Of a DNA stretch of 64,000 nt, positions 58,373 through 64,000 are shown in pieces. Every line of letters starts with the position of its first letter. Positions within the stretch are counted from its first letter, which is position 1. Below the pieces are notes generated by a model that made no database searches, was not told the DNA's origin, and saw nothing but the letters and a program-made list of their open reading frames with translations. The position numbers were made by a program, and so were the translations under genes. This stretch comes from Candidatus Obscuribacterales bacterium (GTDB lineage Bacteria; Cyanobacteriota; Vampirovibrionia; Obscuribacterales; Obscuribacteraceae), in assembly GCA_965228855.1 (NCBI GenBank), contig CBDDIJ010000003.1, positions 3,392,001-3,456,000 of the forward strand, in the 5' to 3' direction.

Positions 58373-59155
58373 GTGGACAAGGTTATGGTTCTTTCTCTTT
58401 TGCTTGCAATTGTTATAGTCGCCGCAGCGGTGAAGTCAGTGCTCAAGCTGTTTACGAAGGTTCTCGTTTATGAAAACGAAAGAGCCTTGCTCTATCGCGA
58501 CGGTAAGTTCGTGAAGACCCTTGAGCCCGGAAAATATTGGTTGTGGAACAGAAACATCCTGATCAAACGTATGGACATTCGGGCACAGTGGTTGCACGTC
58601 GCCTCGCAGGAATTGCTTACGTCAGACAACATGCAAGTCAAAATCAGCCTCGCAGTGCAGTACAGAGTGCTGGACGTATACACCGCCCTGGAGCTGGTTG
58701 AGAACCACTACGCGACACTATATACGATGGCACAGCTAGCCCTTCGCGAAGCAGTTGCACCAATGAAGCTCGACGAGCTGATGATCGCAAGAGATGCGGT
58801 TGCAGAAACTCTATCAAAAGCGCTCACGCCCAAAGCGGCAGAATTCGGAGTAGAGGTGATTTTGGTCGGTGTTCGAGACATAATGCTGCCTGGTGAAGTA
58901 AAGAAGATCATGTCGCAGGTTGTAAAGGCACAGATGGAATCAAAAGCAGCTTTGGAAAAAGCTCGCGGCGAAACCGCTGCATTGCGTTCTCTGGCGAACG
59001 CAGCCCGCATGCTCGAATCAACGCCTGGTTTGATGCAGTTGAGACTGATGCAGTCTCTCAATGAATCTACAGGCAACACGATTGTCTTCGGTGCTACTTC
59101 GAACGGATTGCTTCTGCCGAGCAATCCGAGGAAAACAGACCCAGCGTCGGAGTAG
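58373..59155 (+). CDS. SPFH/band-7 (slipin) family protein
   Basis: AGGAGGTG RBS plus GTG; N-terminal TM; VYENERALLYRDG, QELLTSD, GVRDIMLPG, ARGETAALRSLANAAR. Confidence 0.92.
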   Translation: MDKVMVLSLLLAIVIVAAAVKSVLKLFTKVLVYENERALLYRDGKFVKTLEPGKYWLWNRNILIKRMDIRAQWLHVASQELLTSDNMQVKISLAVQYRVLDVYTALELVENHYATLYTMAQLALREAVAPMKLDELMIARDAVAETLSKALTPKAAEFGVEVILVGVRDIMLPGEVKKIMSQVVKAQMESKAALEKARGETAALRSLANAARMLESTPGLMQLRLMQSLNESTGNTIVFGATSNGLLLPSNPRKTDPASE

Positions 59156-59174
59156 TGATTGAACGGCTATTGCA

Positions 59175-59214
59175 AGCGGAAACCCGTACTGCTGAGGTGG
59201 TGCGGGTTTCCGTT
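59175..59214 (+). other. 18-bp RNA hairpin 3' of the slipin gene
   Basis: AGCGGAAACCCGTACTGC-TGAG-GTGGTGCGGGTTTCCGTT; all non-Watson-Crick pairs are G.U on the plus strand; no U-tract. Confidence 0.7.
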
Positions 59215-59320
59215 CGTCAGACGGGCGTTGCCAGTATGTTTTAATATTGTTTGAAACAGCCGTGAGTGGCGATTCGAGTCGAACCAACGACTTCAGGACG
59301 GATATCGAACCCAGGGAATC

Positions 59321-61906
59321 ATGTCAATCTCCGAAAAGAAATCCACACTTGATACAGGAAAAAACGAAGCGACCGGCGGATTTGTCAGGGTGCGCGGAGC
59401 ACAGCAAAATAACTTGCGCGGCATAGACGTCGACATGCCGCGAAACTCCTTTGTGGTATTCACAGGCGTGTCTGGCTCCGGCAAGTCGTCGCTCGCGTTC
59501 GGCACCATCTATGCTGAAGCTCAGCGTCGCTATTTCGACTCGATAGCTCCATACGCACGTAGACTGATTGCTCAACTGCCAGCACCTCACGTGCACGAAA
59601 TTCAAGGGCTACCACCGGCGGTGGCGCTGAAACAGCGTCGCGCAGAGCCGACCGCTCGCTCGTCCGTGGGAACGTTGACGACATTATCGAACTCGCTGCG
59701 CATGCTCTTCTCCCGAGCCGGAGACTATCCGGACGACGCGAAAGAACGACTAGACTCTGATGCTTTCTCACCTAACACTTTGACGGGCGCCTGCAGCGCA
59801 TGTCACGGTATTGGAATTCTGCACACGGTTTCAGAAGAATCGCTCGTTCCCGACCCGAATTTGACTATACGAGAGCGAGCTGTTGCTGCATGGCCCGGTG
59901 CATGGCAAGGGAAAAACTATCGCGATATTCTCTCGGTCCTTGGATACGATGTCGACAAACCATGGAAAGACCTCCCGAAGAAAGATCGGCAATGGATTTT
60001 ATTCACGGAGGAAAAACCGGTGGTCACCGTTCACGCAGAACGCGAAGCCCATCGAATTCAGCGTCCCTACAAAGGGACCTACATGAGCGCTGCCAGCTAT
60101 GTTCGCCACACATTCAGCACCACCAACAGTGCAACTTTGCGAAAGCGCGTGGCACAATTCATGGACAAGTCATTATGCGCAGTTTGCGATGGAAGACGCT
60201 TGAAACCGGAATCGCTCGCGGTAAAATTCGCCGGTTACGACATATCGCAATTGTCCCAGATGCCACTTGCGGAGGTGTCTCGCACTCTAAAAAACCATTT
60301 GGACGAACTAGAATCCGATTCACCAAGGACTGAGAAACAGAAATCCGCGAAGAGCAAAACTTCACCGAATCCTGGTGACACAAAAGAAGTTGCCGTGACT
60401 ATCGCTCGCGACTTAATAGACCGAATCGGTTTGCTCACGGAATTGGGATTGGATTATTTGGCAATGGATCGCGCAACTCCGACCCTGTCAGCCGGTGAGT
60501 TGCAGCGTTTGAGACTAACGACCCAATTGCGTTCAGGTTTATTCGGTGTCGTTTACGTCCTCGATGAACCGTCGGCCGGCCTGCATCCTGCCGACGCAGA
60601 TGCGCTCTTCAAGATGCTTCTGCAATTGAAGGAAGCTGGTAACTCGTTGTTCGTCGTCGAACACGAGATGGACATTGTTCGTCAAGCGGATTGGGTCGTC
60701 GATATCGGACCGGAAGCGGGCGATGGCGGTGGACACCTGCTTTACAGCGGACCAGTCAACGGTTTGTCTAAAGTCGAAGCCTCGTCCACGAGAAAGTTTC
60801 TCTTCTCTTCGGACGAGGTTGGGAAACGGTCCCCGCGCAAAGCAGACGTCTCACTTAAGCTGCGAGGCATCAATCGACACAATTTGAAAGACCTTGATGT
60901 TGAGTTTCCGCTTGGCGTACTAACTGTTGTAACGGGCGTTTCAGGCTCTGGGAAATCCACACTGGTCAGTCAAGTTCTGGCAGATGTGGTGACTAGCGGC
61001 TTGGGGGCAAAATCGACGCTTGATGAAAGTGACGATGAATCAGACGATGATGAGACGGATGAAGATGTCGAATTTGTCGACATGCGAAAACAGGTTCATG
61101 CCATCGACGGACTGGAAAACATTCGCCGCCTTGTGTGCGTCGACCAGAAACCTATAGGTAGAACTCCGAGATCAAATCTCGCAACATACACAGGTCTGTT
61201 CGACCACATAAGAAAAGCATTTGCCACCACTAGCGATGCCAAAGCGAAGAAGTTCAATGCTGGCCGGTTTTCATTCAACGTCACCGGCGGTCGCTGTACT
61301 ACTTGCGAGGGCGAGGGTTTCGTTTCTGTAGAACTGCTTTTTCTGCCGAGCGTTTACACGCCCTGCTCGGCTTGCGGGGGAACCAGATATAACGAGGAAA
61401 CGCTAGCGATTAAATATCGTGGAGTAAACATCGCCGAGGTTCTGGACATGACGGTTGACTCCGCCAGCGAGTTTTTCACGGAACTGCCGGCGGTGGCACG
61501 GGCGCTAAATACCCTTCGCGACGTGGGGCTCGGTTATCTTCACCTCGGTCAGCCGGCAACGGAATTGTCCGGCGGAGAAGCGCAACGCATCAAGCTTGCG
61601 ACGGAACTCCAGCGAATCCAATCCGGCAACACTCTCTATCTGTTGGACGAACCGACGACCGGTTTGCACCCAGCCGATACACAACGCCTTATGAAGCAAC
61701 TTCATGCTCTCGTTGACAGCGGTAATACAGTGATAGTTGTCGAACATGACATGGATGTCGTCTGCAATGCCGACTGGATCATTGATCTTGGACCGGGTGC
61801 AGGAAACGACGGAGGACAGGTCGTAGCCAGTGGAACGCCGGAGACCGTGGCAAAAGCTCGGGACAGTCGCACCGCACCATATTTGAAACGTAGACTGGGG
61901 AATTAA
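59321..61906 (+). CDS. uvrA: Excinuclease ABC subunit A homologue, class II (UvrA2/DrrC-like)
   Basis: Two GVSGSGKS Walker A motifs, LSAGE/LSGGE signatures, LDEP, zinc fingers; 861 aa and lacking the UvrB-binding insert after LRMLFSRAG. Confidence 0.9.
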   Translation: MSISEKKSTLDTGKNEATGGFVRVRGAQQNNLRGIDVDMPRNSFVVFTGVSGSGKSSLAFGTIYAEAQRRYFDSIAPYARRLIAQLPAPHVHEIQGLPPAVALKQRRAEPTARSSVGTLTTLSNSLRMLFSRAGDYPDDAKERLDSDAFSPNTLTGACSACHGIGILHTVSEESLVPDPNLTIRERAVAAWPGAWQGKNYRDILSVLGYDVDKPWKDLPKKDRQWILFTEEKPVVTVHAEREAHRIQRPYKGTYMSAASYVRHTFSTTNSATLRKRVAQFMDKSLCAVCDGRRLKPESLAVKFAGYDISQLSQMPLAEVSRTLKNHLDELESDSPRTEKQKSAKSKTSPNPGDTKEVAVTIARDLIDRIGLLTELGLDYLAMDRATPTLSAGELQRLRLTTQLRSGLFGVVYVLDEPSAGLHPADADALFKMLLQLKEAGNSLFVVEHEMDIVRQADWVVDIGPEAGDGGGHLLYSGPVNGLSKVEASSTRKFLFSSDEVGKRSPRKADVSLKLRGINRHNLKDLDVEFPLGVLTVVTGVSGSGKSTLVSQVLADVVTSGLGAKSTLDESDDESDDDETDEDVEFVDMRKQVHAIDGLENIRRLVCVDQKPIGRTPRSNLATYTGLFDHIRKAFATTSDAKAKKFNAGRFSFNVTGGRCTTCEGEGFVSVELLFLPSVYTPCSACGGTRYNEETLAIKYRGVNIAEVLDMTVDSASEFFTELPAVARALNTLRDVGLGYLHLGQPATELSGGEAQRIKLATELQRIQSGNTLYLLDEPTTGLHPADTQRLMKQLHALVDSGNTVIVVEHDMDVVCNADWIIDLGPGAGNDGGQVVASGTPETVAKARDSRTAPYLKRRLGN

Positions 61907-61963
61907 ACTAAGAACGGCATATAACCTACGTTTCGTCAGTCAGGAACTATTCTTTTGGTTTAC

Positions 61964-64000
61964 TCACCTGGCTTTTGGCGCTTTCGGTTTATCCTCTTTA
62001 GCTGGTTTAGCTTCTTTTGCCTTTCTGGGCTCTTTGGTCTCGGACGCGACTTTGGAGGAACTCTTGTCGTCATCCTCGTTCAAATTGTCAAACGACAACC
62101 GCACTTTCCATTCATCGTTTATGACAAGACGAGCATCGTATGTACCGGAGCCGTCCTTCTTTTTGAATCCCTTGATAGTTTTCGTCGACTTGTGCTTTAC
62201 CAGTTCTTTCATCTGCGAGTCAGTCAAGGTCTTTCCATAACACTCGCGCCAGATACTGAAAGTGCATCCTTCTCGCCATCGACTGCAACCCGCGCCCTTA
62301 GGCGTTTGACGAACATCTCCGCCCTTGCATTGCGGACAGCTCCCGAAACTGGGATAGTTCGAATTACTTTCCGGTTTCTTCCCATTCTTGTCGGGCACAT
62401 AAGGCATCGCCGGTAATTTTGCTGTGCTTGACGTTACAGCCGGCAAAATTCTACGGACAAACTCGGCGATATCACCTTCGAATTGATCGAGATTCAACTT
62501 TCCATCCTGCATATCTGCAAGCCGTTGCTCCCAGGAGGCAGTCAAAGCAATGTCCTTCAAATCGTTGTGGACATGCGCAATTAGCGCCCGGCCCTTCTCC
62601 GTCGGCACCAGATATTTTTTCTTTCGCTCAACATAACCAGTGCGCAAAAGCCGTTCAATAATTGCCGCGCGAGTCGCAGGCGTTCCCAACCCCTTCTGTT
62701 TCATGTAAACTGCAAGGTCTTCGTCATCGAGCTCCTGACCAGCGTTTTTCATGGCGCGCAATAACGTGCCGTCGTCGTATGGTTTCGGAGGGCTGGTCTT
62801 ACCCTTTTTCAGCTCCTCTTTGCGCTTCGGAACATTTTGTCCTTTATCGAGCGCAGGCAATTGTTGCCAATCCTCGGAATCGTCCTTGTCTTTCTTCTCG
62901 CCATCACCGTCGGCGTCCGCGTCTTTACCCTTCTTAGGTTTACTCTTCGCCTTTTCCTTTTCCAGCGCTCTTGGATCAACTTTCGTCCAACCCATATCTT
63001 TGATGATAAAACCGCGCGCACGAAAGTTGTGTTCGCCAATCGAAATTATTGCGGTGGTTTCATCGCGAACTTCAGGCGGCAAAAAGATGCTCAAGAACCG
63101 CGTGGCGACAAGCTGATAGATGTTGCGCTGTCGCTCTTGCAAATTAGCAGGCACATCGCCATATGTCGGGATAATCGCATGGTGATCGGTCAACTTCGCA
63201 TCATCGACATACGCTTTGCTCAAACGCGGACGAATGAGAGAAGCAGTAATTTTTCCAGGGACGATTCCTTCTTCAGCAAAGGCATCTCGGGCAGCCTGGC
63301 TAGTGACGGATTGCTTCAAAACCGCAGACAAAACTCGAGGCAACTCCTGGACCATGTCGGTGGAGATGTGGCGAGATTCAGTTCTCGGATACGAAATCAA
63401 CTTGTGCTCTTCGTACAGATTCTGCGCTATATCAAGAGTCTCTTGCGCAGTGTATCCGAAACGTTTGTTCGCATCACGTTGCAGCGTCAGCAAATCATAG
63501 AGCGCTGGCGGTTTCGTCTTCTTCTCAACGGTTTCAACTGATAAAACCGTTCCGGCCGGTTGCGGTTTTATCGCATCAAAAATCGCTTTGGCTTCCGCCT
63601 CGGTCTTTAATCGAGTCTGAGGTTCCTTGCCTGGCGTGATGTATCGAGCCATGAAACCAGGTTCGAATGTCGCGACAATTTCAAAAAATTCGTTCGTTTT
63701 AAAATTGTCTATTGCGATTTGGCGATCGACAATCAGTGCCAGTGTTGGCGTTTGTACTCGACCTATGGTGCAAAGCTGTTTGTTTATCGAGGTATATGCC
63801 CGCGTAAAATTCAGGCCCACGACCCAATCGGCTTGCGCCCGTGCTGATGCGGCATGTGCAAGATTATCGAACTCGTCGGACGATTTCAGTTTTTTCAACC
63901 CGTCGCGAATGGCATCGGCAGTTAGAGAACTGATCCAGAGTCGTTCTACCGGCTTGGCACTACCGCTCAACTTGTAAATCAAACGGAAGATGTGCTCGCC
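61964..64000 (-). CDS. topB: DNA topoisomerase III (5' end outside the window)
   Basis: GEHIFRLIY at the edge, RLWISSLT, DWVVGLNFTR, GRVQTPTL, ISYPRTES (catalytic Tyr), DHHAIIPT, GLGTPATRA, C-terminal zinc ribbon. Confidence 0.95.
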   Translation of the reverse strand, partial: GEHIFRLIYKLSGSAKPVERLWISSLTADAIRDGLKKLKSSDEFDNLAHAASARAQADWVVGLNFTRAYTSINKQLCTIGRVQTPTLALIVDRQIAIDNFKTNEFFEIVATFEPGFMARYITPGKEPQTRLKTEAEAKAIFDAIKPQPAGTVLSVETVEKKTKPPALYDLLTLQRDANKRFGYTAQETLDIAQNLYEEHKLISYPRTESRHISTDMVQELPRVLSAVLKQSVTSQAARDAFAEEGIVPGKITASLIRPRLSKAYVDDAKLTDHHAIIPTYGDVPANLQERQRNIYQLVATRFLSIFLPPEVRDETTAIISIGEHNFRARGFIIKDMGWTKVDPRALEKEKAKSKPKKGKDADADGDGEKKDKDDSEDWQQLPALDKGQNVPKRKEELKKGKTSPPKPYDDGTLLRAMKNAGQELDDEDLAVYMKQKGLGTPATRAAIIERLLRTGYVERKKKYLVPTEKGRALIAHVHNDLKDIALTASWEQRLADMQDGKLNLDQFEGDIAEFVRRILPAVTSSTAKLPAMPYVPDKNGKKPESNSNYPSFGSCPQCKGGDVRQTPKGAGCSRWREGCTFSIWRECYGKTLTDSQMKELVKHKSTKTIKGFKKKDGSGTYDARLVINDEWKVRLSFDNLNEDDDKSSSKVASETKEPRKAKEAKPAKEDKPKAPKAR

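Noticed and set aside
58037..58473. Short ORFs 58037-58243 and 58264-58473
   Set aside because: No RBS or recognisable features; they overlap the structured region and the slipin gene.
59268..59282. Second T-loop-like GATTCGAGTC downstream of slipin
   Set aside because: Only a 3-bp stem and lacks the canonical G-TTC geometry.

Overview
Gene-dense bacterial chromosomal window of roughly 50% GC (estimated by eye), truncated at both edges: an aldo/keto reductase runs off the left end and DNA topoisomerase III runs in from the right. The content (three Hanks-type Ser/Thr kinases, several TPR proteins, a 2829-aa secreted Gly/Thr/Asn-rich protein, signal-peptide-less orphan proteins with enzymatic C-termini) resembles Melainabacteria/Vampirovibrionia (Obscuribacterales-like); that assignment is inference only. 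Recognisable genes are an RND pump plus MFP, an MFS transporter, GH43-F5/8C-FN3, M15 and M4 peptidases, DUF2239, FGE/SUMF1, alpha-2-macroglobulin, SpeD, a TctD/TctE-like two-component pair, RNase HI, two alpha/beta hydrolases, an SPFH/slipin, a class II UvrA and TopB. I found no rRNA, canonical tRNA, CRISPR array, transposase or prophage gene. Best leads: (1) the slipin gene sits between structured non-coding segments, the upstream one containing a canonical tRNA T-arm; (2) paired palindromic operators bracket the promoter of the DUF2239 gene, suggesting an autoregulatory DNA-binding protein; (3) a complete GH17-like domain is inserted in the giant adhesin-like protein; (4) several effector-like proteins lack signal peptides but carry protease domains. 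All family calls are by motif recognition, not database search, and several start codons are uncertain.
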